This document shows, in pieces, positions 51,401 through 64,000 of a DNA stretch of 64,000 nucleotides. The first letter of the stretch is position 1, and every line of letters starts with the position of its first letter. The notes under the pieces are model-generated. The model saw only the letters and a program-made list of their open reading frames with translations, searched no databases and was not told where the DNA came from. The position numbers and the translations under genes were made by a program. The stretch is from Neodothiora populina (Eukaryota), in NCBI RefSeq assembly GCF_041146345.1, contig NW_027191411.1:1488001-1552000 (forward strand). The letters run 5' to 3'.

Positions 51401-53448
51401 AATCCAAGGCCGAAAGTCTTTTCCCAGTTGATTTTGAGAGATATTTCAAGGAGGCTTTCGGAAATATGACGCCACAGAACCAACGAGCGCTCAGGGGTTT
51501 CGTCAGATTACTTGCCGAGCTACTCGATGGCACAGGTAATGATGGCGACCGCGGTATGCTGACTGCGGCATTTGTTGAAATGCTCGTGCCCGAAGGCGAG
51601 CCGTATGCATTCGTGGGACTGTTGGACCGCTTCGTTGATGACATGGAGTCTCTGTTTGGGGAAGTGATAGTGGCGCGAGAAGTACAGCCCTATCACCCTC
51701 CCCAGACGAAGAGCAACTCGGCAAACTCCCGTCACAATCGTTCGCGATCAGTGAACACTGGCTCACTCACCTCCAACACTTCTTCATTACGAAAGAAGTT
51801 CGGATTCAGCACTTTGGGTCGCGAAAACAGTAAATCAGAGGCCGAGTCGAAAGTGGGATCGGTTTTCCGTGCTCTCAGCAAGAGCACACGTGGACCTGAT
51901 CAGCATCCTAGCTTGTCTCGTGGATCTCTTTATCGAGCACAGAGTAGCGATAATGATGTTCCTCGTATGCTTCCTCCAAGACCAGCCTCACACGACAGTC
52001 TACACGCTTCTTCTGTAAGTCTCGAACCTCGGCCAAGATCGCAGGACAACTCATCGATTATGACTCAGTCGAGCTCTCCTGGCGGACTGGGGTCCATCCA
52101 AGAAACCATTACCCCCAAACCTACTCCTTTGTTTCCAAGGAAGAAGCGAAGAAGCTCGCTGTCGGATCTCAAGACGCTCGAGACGAAGATTGCCGACTCT
52201 CCGTTCATGTCTCCCGATACTATGCTTCGGTTCAAGCCTGACGAACAGGAGCAGACTAGTCGCATGGACTCACCATCGCCATCGTTGCGAAAGACGACAA
52301 CTTCGAATACCCTCACACGCATCGGTGGCCCAGCCTCGCCGCAGCGCTCTCGCCTACCTTCTTCGTTCCGAAGAGACACCACTAGAGAAAATACGCCGAC
52401 GACTCGTCCGGAACGTGCTCAGAGCACGACTACCAGGGTCGAGCGTGCCCAGAGCGCCTTGGGGTATCGCACAGATCGTGCCAACAGTGTTCTGATAGGA
52501 CCTCGGAGCACGAGTAAACAACCCGATGAAGTGACCATCACATCGTTCAACACCGGCTCGCTTCGTCGCAACGAGTTTCCTTCGGGTATACCGGCCCTTC
52601 GCAGCACTCCCGCGCCGGCGCCAAATCCCTTGCGCATGTCGCACATGGAGCGCAGTGGTCTGTCAGAACGCCCCAACACAGGCAACGCGATGAAAATCAC
52701 ACGGCCGACCACGCCAGGAACAAAACCTCTCAAGTCCAACGCACTCGGCGGTCTGACCAGCCCCACTCTCAAGCCCAGCACCTTGGGTAAACTCGGCAGT
52801 CCACCAAGCCTGAGCGGAGTCATGTCTCCGCCGTCAGGGACACGCAGACTGAAGATGCAGTCACCGCAGAAACTCAGGGAGCGACTGCAAGACGAGCAGC
52901 GAGCAATGGCGAGCGCTCACTCGGCACTGCAAGACGAACTTAGCAAGATCGGCGAGGAGATGTCAGGGATGGGACCAGGCCGCATGGGCAGCGTCAGAGG
53001 CAGCAACATGTCGCCGGCGCTGGGAGCCCGACGCGGCAGCAAAGACGTCAACGCGGGCTCCTTGATCCCCTCCACAGGCGACAACCCACTCCTAGACCTG
53101 ACCTCACGACTAAAAGCGCTAGAGCAGAAACTTCCCGGCGCACTAAACAGCCTCAACGACCGCATCGCCAGCCTATCAACAGACATAACCAGCAGCCTGA
53201 CGGTGTCTGAGAGCAAAGCGCGCCGCCTCGACGAACTCTACCGCGAAGCCAACGCCGAGAACGAGGCCCTGTACGGCAAAGTCAACGAGGAACTCGCGCG
53301 CGTGCTGCGCGCCGTGCGCGGAGGCGACGGCCTCGCCGAGCTCAGACGCAAACTCAAGGAGTCGCAGGAGGAAGAGGGCAGGCTGCGCAGGGAGAACGCC
53401 AGGCTCAAGCGCGAGGTTCTGGGGCTGAGGAGCCAGTTGCGCGAGTAG
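48482..53448 (+). CDS. BUD3: Dbl-homology Rho GEF, Bud3-like (septation)
   Basis: Exons 48482-50663 and 50720-53448. N-terminal TDPLLSNSPVLVFYGP, DH motifs EMCELVDTEVNYV and LIEPVQRLPRY, LQARKGNIVG, and C-terminal coiled coil EANAENEALY. Confidence 0.82.
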
Positions 53449-53636
53449 TGCAGTTGCTTTGCTCTATCGGTGCGGCGAGTTACACTTTTTTTCTGTTGTG
53501 TCGATGGGGGTGGCAGGACAGATGGAAGTGCTAGGATGCAGGGGGGGGTGAAGACGACGGAGGGGGAAAAGTTTTGGTTCTCTCTTTCTTTGCGTTTTTG
53601 ACTCGCTGGTTTGTCATCGGACGAGACGAGTGGCGA

Positions 53637-53669
<33 letters not shown>
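53637..53669. repeat. (GCT)11 microsatellite
   Basis: Read directly from the sequence. Confidence 0.95.
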
Positions 53670-53672
<3 letters not shown>

Positions 53673-53773
53673 TTTGGTTTTTTTGGTCATTGTTACTGTT
53701 CATCACGACGTTATGGGATACACGACTCTTTCCTTTTTCTTTTTCTTCGTTCAGTTTTCATTCGGATAGCTTT

Positions 53774-53777
<4 letters not shown>

Positions 53778-53837
<60 letters not shown>
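53778..53837. repeat. (CT)30 microsatellite
   Basis: Read directly from the sequence. Confidence 0.95.
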
Positions 53838-53841
<4 letters not shown>

Positions 53842-54225
53842 CATTTATCTCCCTCTCGCTGTGTCAACGTTTTGTTCGCGGCGTTTGTTGTGGCCATCCA
53901 TTGTATGACTTACTGTAACTTGCTTTGTTAGTCTGCATAGAAATATGAATTTATTTTTGGTTCGCTTGATGTTGACTACCTCGCTTTCACTTTACTTGAA
54001 CATAGGCTTGCGTCGGAAACACTTCTCCTTGTGGCTGTCTCAGCTCAGCGTGAATTCCAGCGTGACTCGATGAAACCTTCTAATTCGGTATCTTTTTTCT
54101 ATGTACTTCAATGCTGTAGCTTTACACTTTTTCCACACCGTTTCCTCTTCTCCTCTCACAATTACCGGAGAAACTCCGTCGCAAGGTTTCAAAAGGGATC
54201 AGAACAAAAAGGAAAAAGAGCATGA

Positions 54226-56126
54226 TCAGTGACCGTGCCCGTCGTCGTCTCCGCCTCTCTGTTCCGGGTCGAGTTTGATCATGGTGTCGATTCTCATGAT
54301 GGCGACGCAGGCCTCGACGGCCGACTTGAGCTGCTTGACTTTACTCATGCTGGGCTCGAGGACGCCGGCCTTGATCGAGTCGTGGACCTTGCCTCTTGTC
54401 AGGTCGAGGCCGTAGTTCTTGTAGTTCTTCTGCTTGGCGATGCGCTTCTGCTCGTCGGCGGATAGCGATTGCGACGACGTTTTGGCCGGGGCGGCGGGAT
54501 TGGGGCCCGAGTGGTGGGGGTCTGAGGGGGACGCTGACGAGGCGAGGCGTTGCGAGAGGGCGTGGCGCGAACGGAGCTGGGCGACGAGTTCGGAGCTGTC
54601 TTTTGCCGCGTTGACGGCCAGAGTGGTGGGGATGATCAGGAGGGCGGAAGCGAAGGCGCCGATGGCCAATTGCTCGCGGGAGCCCTGGGTGTGTGTTATT
54701 TAGTATACAGATTGTCAAGAAAAAAGGAAAGAAAGAAAGAAAGAGACTCACGACTGATGTGGCCCACTCCTCGAGGTAAATGTGCAGGGCAGTCTCGACG
54801 GCGCCACCTCCCGGCACGATTCTTCCACTCTCCAGGGTGCGCTTGACGGCAGAGAGCGAGTCGTGCACGGATCGCTCCATCTCGTCGAGGGAGTACTCGT
54901 TGGCACCACGTAGGATGATGGAGGCCGAAGAGTGGACCTTTGTGCCCTTGACGAGGATGCACTCGTCGTCGGAGATGCGCTCTTGCACCACCTCCTCGGC
55001 AGATCCGAGGCTGCTGGCCTCGAACTTTTCGTCTCCGTTGAGATCTGACAGGGCGGAGACCAGAGTGGCGCCCGTGGCCTTTGCTATCCTTCTCAAGTCC
55101 TCCTTCTTGCACCTCCTCACGGCCATGGCGCCCTTTTCGATGAAAGCCTTGAGGCAGAGGTCGTCGATGCCCTTTGTGGTGAAGATGACGTTGGCACCGG
55201 CCTTCAGGATCATGTCCACTCTCTCCAGCACGATGCCGGCCTCCCTCTCTCTGATCTTCTCGAGCTGGGCAGGGTCGTCGATGGTGATGTGGACTCCCAG
55301 CTTCATCCTCTCTTTCTGCAGGTTGATGTCGAGACAGGCGATCTTGGCGTCGGTGACTCTCGTGGTCATGGCCTGGCTGGCGACGGTGCAGTTCAGAGCG
55401 TAGCCCTTGACGAGCATGCTCTCGGTGGCGCTCTTGCCGTGGGCCTTGAGGACGTTGACGGCCTTGACGGGGTACTTGACCTCTCCTCGCGGGTTTATCG
55501 ACTTGACCGACTGCATGGCGTCGACGACCATGTTGGCGAAGAAGTCCGAGTCTCCGCCGATGATCTTGGAGGACATGGAGGTTTTGGCGATGCTGATGAG
55601 CGAGTCACGGCCCAGCGAGTCGACCTTTGTGCTGATGTTCTCGTGCATGTAGCGCACCGCCTCCCTCAGCGCGAGTCTGTAGCCGGTGATGATGGTGGTG
55701 GGGTGGATGCGGTTCTTCATGAGCTCGTTGCCCTTTCTGAGGAGCTCGGCGGCGATGAGCACGACAGAGGTGGTTCCGTCGCCGACCTCCTTGTCTTGTT
55801 GCTGGGCCAGGTCGACGAGGATCTTGCCGGCGGGGTGCTCGATGTCGAGGAGAGAAAGGATGGTGGCTCCGTCGTTGGTGACGGTGACATCGCCAATGTC
55901 GTCGACCATCATCTTGTCGAGGCCAGAGGGGCCAAAGGACGAGCGCACGACATTGGCGATTGCCTGCGTCGCCTGGACGTTCTGGTCGCGGATGTCTGAG
56001 CCGCTGAGCTTGGTGCCTCCCAGGACTTTGAGTTGTGTCAGTAAATTGGTATATCTTAGCAAACGTGAAATGAAAAGACTCACACAGAGTTCCCGCGTTC
56101 CGCGGTGCCTCGAAGATTCCAGCCAT
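54226..56126 (-). CDS. TCP1: Chaperonin CCT/TRiC subunit alpha
   Basis: Exons 56126-56084, 56025-54752 and 54684-54226. [45 protein letters not shown] and AGVLEP. Confidence 0.96.
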
Positions 56127-56441
56127 TTGTGTGTGACGGGGATGGATCTGGAGATGAGTTGTGTGAAGAAAGATTGATTAGAGAAAGATGGGATTATCTC
56201 TCTCTTTCCTTACTGCATATAATTCTTGGGAGCTCCTTCCTTCTGCTGTCTCTAACAGTCTCCGACAATCAAAGGCAAGGGCGGACGTCGTGTTCCGCCG
56301 ATGTTTAACCGCTTGTGATTATTGCGGGCGACACGCGGGAGTGGATGCCTGACAACCACCTCATACCAGGTTAGGTAGGTACAAGTATCAATCAAAGGTG
56401 GGGCAGTCAGGCAGAAAACACACACTCACACACTGCTGCAG

Positions 56442-56477
56442 CTCTGACTCTGACTCTGACTCTGACTCTGACTGTGA
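56442..56477. repeat. (CTCTGA)5 hexamer repeat forming four tandem TGACTC (Gcn4/CpcA-type) cores
   Basis: Read directly. Lies in the TCP1/ProRS divergent promoter, about 240 bp upstream of the ProRS ATG. Confidence 0.85.
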
Positions 56478-56712
56478 TATCTTTTCATCTCATCATCTGT
56501 GATCCATCATATACTGCACCGATTGATCGCCCGAGTTGATCCAGAAAGTGCTTGCAGTATTGCTTTGTGCTTTGATCACTTGACATCTGATAAGGTACAG
56601 TATTGGGCAATAATTCGATTCTCTCTCCGCATTTATTTGTCTGTTTCTGCCCCGCCCGACCTCGTGAATCGATTTTATTCTCCCACGACAGCCACACAAG
56701 CAAACCCAGAAA

Positions 56713-58538
56713 ATGGACAAGGTCGAGAAGGAACTCAACAAGGCCACTCTCAATGAGGACGGCGCCGCAGTGACGGGCACCACTGTCGAGGGCGCCCAGC
56801 CCCAGGACAACCCCGCCGCCGCATCCAAGGGTGAGTCTATTTTTCTTCTTTGTTATAATCACAAGCAGCTGAACACGATGCCCCAACAGAGCGCAGAGAC
56901 CAGAAGAAAGCGGCCAAGTCGGAGAAGAAGGACAAAAAAGACAAGCCCAAGCAAGGACAAGGACAGGGTCAGGGCCAATCGAAAAAGAAAATGGAGGGCG
57001 GCGCGGGCATCGACGTGCTCAAGGAGGACGACCTCTCCGAGTGGTACCAGCAGGTCATCACCAAGGGCGAGATGCTCGAGTTCACCGACATCCCCGGCTG
57101 CTACATCTACGAGCCGGCGTCGTACGGCATCTACGAGCGCATCCAGGACTTCTTCAACCAGCGCATCAAGCGCATGGGCGTGCGCAACTGCTACTTCCCC
57201 CTCTTCATCTCCGAGGCCAACCTGCAGAGAGAAAAGGACCACATCGAGGGCTTCGCTGCCGAGGTCGCCTGGGTCACCGAGGGCGGCAAGAACAAGCTGG
57301 AGAAGAAGCTGGCTGTTCGTCCCACCTCCGAGACCGCCATGTACCCTTACTTCAGCAAGAAGATCCGCTCTCACCGTGACCTGCCCCTCAAGCTGAACCA
57401 GTGGAACAGCGTGGTCAGGTGGGAGTTCAAGCACCCCATGCCCTTCATCCGCTCGCGTGAGTTCCTGTGGCAGGAGGGCCACACCGCCCACTTGACCGAG
57501 GACGAGGCCGGCAAGGAAGTCCTGCAGATCCTCGACCACTACGGCGCCATCTACGAGGACCTCCTCGCCGTCCCCGTCGTCAAGGGCCGCAAGACCGTCG
57601 CCGAGCAGTTCCCCGGCGCACACTACACCACCACGGTCGAGGGTTTCATCTCGTCCACCGGTCGTGGAATCCAAGCCGGCACCTCTCACTGTCTGGGCCA
57701 GCACTTTGCCAAGATGTTCGACATCACCGTCGAGGACCCCGCCGCCAAGGAGGGCGAGAAGAGAGAGAAGCTGCACGTGTGGCAGAACAGCTGGGGCCTC
57801 ACCACCCGCTCCATCGGCATCATGATCCTGACCCACGGCGACAACAAGGGTCTCGTCATCCCCCCCCGCGTCGCCGAGACCCAGGTCATCATCGTCGCCG
57901 TCGGCATCACAGCCAAGAGCACCGACGAGGACCGAAGCAGGCTCTACACCGCCGTCGAGGACATGAAGAACCGCCTGCTCGACGCCAACGTGCGCGCCGA
58001 CGCCGACCTGCGCGAGGGCTACTCCCCCGGCTGGAAGTTCAACCAGTGGGAAATGAAAGGCGTACCTCTGCGCCTCGAGTTTGGGCCCAAAGACGCCGAG
58101 AAGAACGTCGTGACGGCGGCACGCCGCGACAACGGCGCCAAATCCGAGATCCCCATCGCCGACTTCGAGTCCGCCATCCCGCACCTCCTCGAGACCATCC
58201 AGGCCGACATGTTCGCCAAGGCCGACGCAGACTTCACCTCCCACCGCAAAGTCATCACCGACTGGAAAGACTTCGTGCCCGCGCTCAACGCCAAGAACGT
58301 CTGCTTGATCCCGCACTGCACCACCGAGGCCTGCGAGGACCAGATCAAGGACCAGAGCAAGGGCAACCAGCAGGACGGCCAGGAGGTCGACGTCCGCGCT
58401 CCCTCCATGGGCGCAAAGTCGCTTTGCATTCCCTTCGACCAGTCCTTTGACGGTCTCACTCACGGCTCCACAAAGTGCACGAACCCCAAGTGTGACAGGC
58501 TCGCCGAGAAGTGGGTCATGTTCGGGCGCTCGTACTAG
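56713..58538 (+). CDS. Cytosolic prolyl-tRNA synthetase (eukaryote/archaeal type)
   Basis: Exons 56713-56830 and 56890-58538. YFPLF, VRPTSET, NQWNSVVRWE, REFLWQEGHT, IQAGTSHCLGQ, QNSWGLTTR and terminal FGRSY. Confidence 0.96.
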
Positions 58539-58952
58539 AAGGAGGAGGAAAAACACTAGAATAGTAGCCCATTCTCTTCTTTTTCTATCAGGTTGGAATT
58601 TGCTTGGGAATGAATCATACGGACAGAATGAGAGAGAGACGAAAGGAAAGACGAAGAGCAGAAAATCTCACGAAAATCTCACTAACCATCACCGCCAACA
58701 AGACCACTCTGCCCTCCTTTCTTGCCCAGACATGAGTAAAAGTGATGTCAACATCGAGTGTTCATTCCAGTGTCCCTATCCTGTTCCATGATAGAAGACT
58801 GAAAAGAAACAAATGCTTTGAGAAAACCAACTCGTCTTGGGAAGACTATAAACATTAGCACGCGGCGAGAAAGCAGGATGGAGTAGCTGGGACTCTTGAG
58901 ATGGAAGGATAACGATGTGTTTGATTCAAGGGTGATGATCGATTTTTCAGTC

Positions 58953-58982
58953 GAAGAAGAAGAAGAAGAAGAAGAAGAAGAA
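58953..58982. repeat. (GAA)10 microsatellite
   Basis: Read directly from the sequence. Confidence 0.95.
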
Positions 58983-59326
58983 TGCCCAGAGGGTGGACCA
59001 CCAATCAAGAAAAGAAAAAGAAAGAAAAAACACAATACAATATACACGTTTGTTGTCTATGACTTTGACATGTTCTGTCTTTCTCGTTTCGAGTCACAAA
59101 ACAGAGAATTGCCCATTCTCCCATGTCCGCACCCATCTCCCCTTCGCCTGCATGTTGGACAAAGCCTGCCTCGCGAGAACGACCCCACTTCTTCTCGTCC
59201 CTCGAGGTCTTAAGTGTCCATTGCTCCTCTACCAGAGGAAGAAAATCCCAGAAAAACGCCGAAATGGTAACTTCATCAAAAGATAGCCTGCAAAAACAGA
59301 TACTTTGCTCGTGGCAACACGATCAA

Positions 59327-61215
59327 CTAGCCCACAACATCGCCCTTGGCCGGATAGAACCATGACGTCGTGGCGATGATGATGTAAAGACACATCAACA
59401 GCGTTCCCTCGAGCCAATGCGACTCTCCGTCTTGGATCAGGTAGTTGACCAACAAGATGGAAATAAAAAGCACGGCGACTTGGAATCCATCAAAGTCGAG
59501 CGTCATGGGCAAGTCGCCGACACCGCACCAGCCGATGATGACCATGAGCGGCAACACGAGGAGCGCAATCTGCATACTCGATCCGACGGCGACACCGATG
59601 GCAAGATCCATCTTGTCTTTGATCGCGACTGTGACTGCGGTGGCGTGCTCGGCGGCGTTGCCGACAATCGGCACAAGAATGAGACCGACAAACTCCTCGG
59701 AAACGTGGCCGGTCTCGGTAATGTAGTCGATTCCACTGACCATGAACTCGGAGCAGAAGGCGATCAGAACGGTGGCGATCGTGAGGGTGACCAGGGCGCC
59801 GACGATGGTCAGGCTAGGAAGCTCTTCCTCTTCCTCCTCCTCTTGCACGAGGTTGGACTGGTTGACCTGTCCGCCGGCGGTGGCTGCCGAACCCGCACCC
59901 ATGGTGGCGAGTCCGCGCAACACCTCTCCCTTCTCCTTCTTGCTGCCCTTGATCTTGGCTGATTTCTGGCTGGGCTCATTGTAGATGTGGACATGAGTGC
60001 TGAGCTGGAAGTACAGGTATGCGCCGTAGACGACCAATAGAATCACAGCAACACCGTGAGAAACCTCTGAGATCTGGTCGTCGCCGGTGCCAAAGATAGT
60101 GAAGGCGGTGGGCACAATCAGTGATCCAATGGCGAGGGCGAGCATACTGGCGGCGGTCTGAGCAACTGTTATGTTGAAGTGTTGTGTGACTCGGTTCCAG
60201 CCACCAAAGAAGAAGCACATTCCCAGCACCAAAAGCAGATTGGACAGCATACTACCAATCAACGAGGTCTGGACAATGATAATCTTCGACTGGGCCAAGG
60301 CAATGATACCGACTGCAAAGTATTAGCGAAAACTCCACGCCAAACGCATGGCGCCTCAATCTTACCAATGAGCTCAGTGGCATTTCCGAACGATGCGTTC
60401 AACAATCCACCAAGAGTTTCACCCACATACATGGCCAGCTCTTCTGTAGCAAACGACAACATGGCGGCCAGTGGGACGATGGCAATGAAGTTGACGACGA
60501 AAATGGCAATGCCGTTCAGGTGTGCATATCGAACAGCGAACCCCACGGGAACGCAGATCAATAGCACGTTGACCCAGCTTCCGAACAATACAGCCTTGAA
60601 CTGTTGCATGAAGGGGATTCTTCGTTTCATCAACTTGGCCTTTGCCTTCTCGGTTTCGGTGCGTTCCAGGTCAGACTCGTCGGTATCAGTGCGGTCGGAG
60701 TGTCCGAGGATGCCCATGAACCTTCGCTTGCGAGGTCCATGATTTGATTGTTGTTGCGACTCCGGTGCGTACTGAGTAGGCGCATCCGTGCTGTTCATGC
60801 GCGCAATGCGGTCGGTCTCCTTCTCGTCGACAGCAGTGATATCTGACGGGCTGGGACGTAGTCGATTCGAACTTCCAGCGTATGAGTGCTTGGCGGTCGG
60901 TTCTGTGCTCGAATGTTGTGGGTGGGCGTAATCGCCATTTTCTACCCCTTGCATCTCTAGGTAGCGGGCTTGTTCTTCAGCAGTGGGAACATTGCCAGCC
61001 GTATTCGTCTTTCGCAGTCCAGTCTCGATGTCTGCCGGACTATGATTTCTGACATATGATCTGGATCGCTTTGCGAAGGGGTTGTAGTTGACATATTCAT
61101 CGTCACCGTATCTCCAGGCGATGTTGCGCGCCTGATGTTTGATTGAATCTGTATGAAAGCGTCTGAGTATCAAGGTCGTTCATAGAGAGGTATTGTAGAA
61201 ATACTTACGCATCAT
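59327..61215 (-). CDS. VCX1: Vacuolar Ca2+/H+ exchanger (CAX/Vcx1 family)
   Basis: Exons 61215-61209, 61148-60366 and 60312-59327. Alpha repeats LNASFGNATEL and PIVGNAAEH, GSMLSNLLLVLG, acidic EEEEEE loop and HWLEG. Confidence 0.92.
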
Positions 61216-64000
61216 GCACGAAGGTGGTGAAACGGAGATGTGTATAAATCTCCGATGTAGTCAGTTGTTTTGGCTGTCGTTATGATCTTTGAGTAATCGA
61301 ATGCAAGAAGGTACACAAAAACCGGGCTGTCGAAATGTCTACTTGTATAGAGCCCTGATGGCAAAAGACGGTGGACGATTGACGTAGTGGTGTAGTAGTC
61401 AAGAGGGCAATGCTCCGACCAGACTTTGTTCGCCTAAAGGTGTTCACTGCGTGCTCAACTGAGGCAGTTCAAGATAGTAGAGTAGCTAAGATGGCATGGA
61501 CAGTTTAGGGGAGGCGACAGAGAAGACACGGCGATTAGCCGTACTGGAAAACAGTGAGCGCTGACGCAAGTTGCTGAAACGCTCAATTCCAGTAGTGTCT
61601 TTGTTTGATGTTGCTAGGGTCAGATTTACTCCACTGGTAATGATCTCCGTGGCGCAGTTTGTAAGGTATTCACTATGCGGAGGCGGGTGGGTCTGGATCT
61701 ACTAGAGGCGCAGGCACACGGTGCATGGGTAATGATTGCAGGAATGAAAGTGAACTGATGGAGGCAAACTTCGCCTAATTAACCAAGCTTGAATGTACGA
61801 GTATCAAGCACTGCTTAGCATTGCGACATTTGCGACATCAAGAAATGCTTAGGAAGTCTTCTTCAAAACAAGAGAGCAAAGAGCGCTGATCAACAATTCC
61901 AAGGCTTATGATGGCAGAGGTTACACGGTATCAATTCTTGTTTTACTCGTGGCTTGAAGTATAAGATACCACTACGGGCATCAATGTGATGCATGCATGC
62001 CCCGTTCGATGTCATCTCAAGCTTACCCTGGCTTGCTTGGCTGTGCTTTTTCTTCTAGTGCCTTGCTTGGCTGACGACGTTGAGAGAGCCTCGGCAGCTA
62101 CTGCATCTATCGTTCAGCCGCTTCAATCGCGAGCCTTTCTGGTACGAGAAGCACAGGCCACCTTTTACTTGCTGCGGAGGGTCTGAAATGTTCTACTAAG
62201 GAGTTCTAGACAGTGGGCGTAGTCGTCAGACAACAACTTGATCTTGCAACTGCCTAGCATAGCCAGCGATACGCCACAAGGTCTGATCACTCTCGAAGAC
62301 ATTGTTATGTCTTGGTCGAATGTTCCACAGGCTACAGTACAGTATAGACTGAGATCCACTCGAGTGACCGGTCGGGGTATTATTGACCGGTCATGTTTCT
62401 CCGAAAAATGAAAAAAGACAGTGTGCTGCGCATGGTTGTGTATAACGTGTATACAGGTCAGACCGCTCGGATGACGTTTCGTACCTATATTGACATGCCA
62501 CCGCATATAACACGGACCGTGTCGTCTGCCCAAACGCAGTTATCCAACGCAGTTATCACTCGCGCATATGGTGACCAGGGGTTGTATAAATTGGCCACGA
62601 CGCCCTGCTACACAGATATCCAGTACTTGATGCCCCTACCGCGCCCAATCACACAGAAACGGAGCCGCCCTGACTTATAGTGATTCGATAGGGATGCGAG
62701 ATTAAATCTTGGCGTCGTATCTCAGGATTTCTGGTTACACGAGATTGGCTTCGAACGACGCGACATCATCGTGAGCATTAACTGCTCTCGGTTCCCAGTG
62801 CGACGGCACCAATTTCCAGACCACATGTCTCGGCCACAACACATATCCTCGTCAACATATTGCATCTGCTGGCTATATTGACTCTGATGTCCTAGGGTAT
62901 CGAAACAGAAAGAGTGCATTTCAATTCATTGCCATAGGATGGCTATGGGTACAGTATCGATAGTGTTGTGTCCCATGCCGCCCCTGGACAATTAAAATAA
63001 CCTCCATCGATGCCGATATCTGTGCACGTGAATCGCATCTACTCTTTCCGCGCTACAACAACCTTACTGTAGCATTGTTTACCTTATTCCAGCTGAATGT
63101 GACCAAGGAAAGCCTCGCTTCACTGATGGTATTGTATGGATGGACAATGCTACGGCAAATCGCGATGCACAGCAGATCGCGACCGTCCTACTTGTACAGT
63201 ATCTTGTATCTGCTCCACTGTCGATCGAAGAATATCTTCGTGTTCCACTTGACACGGCTGGGACGGCGGGAGTGCTTTCTCCGCTCCACGCGATGTTGAC
63301 AGCGACTCATGAACTGCTTCGAATCCATCGTACTGCTGTACAACTGTCGTGGGTTCTGTAGATACATCCTACTGCTCATCCTAGACTTGGTCGAACGAGC
63401 TCTTCCCAGTCTCTACTGCTGGCCGACTGTCATTGAGCAGACCTATCCGCATCTTCATTCTCAGATATGGCTGCCACGGACTCGTCCGGGGATTTGGATC
63501 TGCACCCTCCAGCTAATAATGAAAATTATGATCGTTTCCCCTGGCTTTTCACTTGCACTTCGTTGCGAATTATTAATCAACTTTCGAGATAGGAGACTCT
63601 TGCGGATGTACGTTCCTGCTAAATGTCGTTATTGGTCGTAGATGCAACCGTGGAGATGGCCTTGCACTCCGAAGCCTGGCAGTTCCGAACGGAGTATCAT
63701 GTAAATGGTATGTCTTCGACCAGCAGTCGTTGCAGTAGATCCGGATACTACATGGTTCTGTTCAACGAGAAGCCTACTAGAGTCGATATCACCATGCCAT
63801 GAACTCCTACTGCGCAGGTCTCGGCTGTCGTGCCGAGTGTACATCGAGGGAGGCGGCCAACTTCTCCTGAACTACGAACACGAAGCTCCATGAATATGCG
63901 GAGATCTGAATGTCATCAATTCTCTGCTAGTCGTCTCAAGCAAGCACAGCGCGGAACTCTCTGCAGCAATGCTGCGATCGCTAGCCCAGGTCCACACCAT

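Noticed and set aside
53238..53918. ORFs with poly-Ser, poly-Ala, poly-Cys or (SL)n tracts
   Set aside because: These are translations of the (GCT)n and (CT)n microsatellites.
56859..58556. 565-aa antisense ORF and 327-aa alternative-frame ORF over ProRS
   Set aside because: Shadow ORFs expected from extreme G/C third-position bias. No recognisable motifs, and the same effect appears over TCP1, MRPS5 and TRM2.
58748..59286. ORFs with poly-Glu or poly-Ser runs
   Set aside because: These are translations of (GAA)10 in the convergent terminator region.
61986..62186. 66-aa ORF with a signal-peptide-like stretch
   Set aside because: Short, no family, and the hydrophobic part coincides with a local CTTGCTTGGCTG duplication.
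62533..62557. Tandem duplication of AACGCAGTTATC
   Set aside because: Two adjacent copies only; simple slippage, not an array.
63090..64000. Coding-like frames at the window end, with some TAG stops that could be mutated CAG
   Set aside because: No consistent frame or motif, and it cannot be judged without flanking sequence.
1..64000. Transposons, tRNA/rRNA genes, CRISPR arrays and PKS/NRPS backbone genes
   Set aside because: No transposase or RT motifs, terminal repeats, cloverleafs, repeat-spacer arrays or synthase domains seen. Small ncRNAs cannot be excluded without Infernal or tRNAscan-SE.

Overview
Intron-containing genomic DNA of a filamentous ascomycete (Pezizomycotina; Dothideomycetes is my inference). 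Introns are short GT-AG with CTRAC-like branch sites. About 22 protein-coding genes can be modelled. Housekeeping blocks lie at both ends. Left: partial Cys-rich membrane protein, GCP4, mitochondrial uS5, Trm2, a GH43 gene broken by a 1-nt frameshift, Cho2 and an MFS sugar porter. Right: SNF2-PHD remodeler, hemerythrin-like protein, Dcc1, Bud3-like RhoGEF, CCT-alpha, ProRS and a Vcx1-type Ca2+/H+ exchanger. The middle (about 23.9-40.6 kb) looks accessory: orphan ORFs, a minimal Zn2Cys6 protein, and a candidate catabolic cluster. That cluster is a Pro1 cis-CaaD-like tautomerase, an aldo-keto reductase and a hydantoinase A-DUF917 fusion divergently paired with an NCS1 permease across a GATA-rich promoter. 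It is the best candidate for an undescribed system. No tRNA/rRNA genes, transposons or CRISPR arrays were recognised. All gene models were spliced by hand and family calls come from motif recognition, not database searches.
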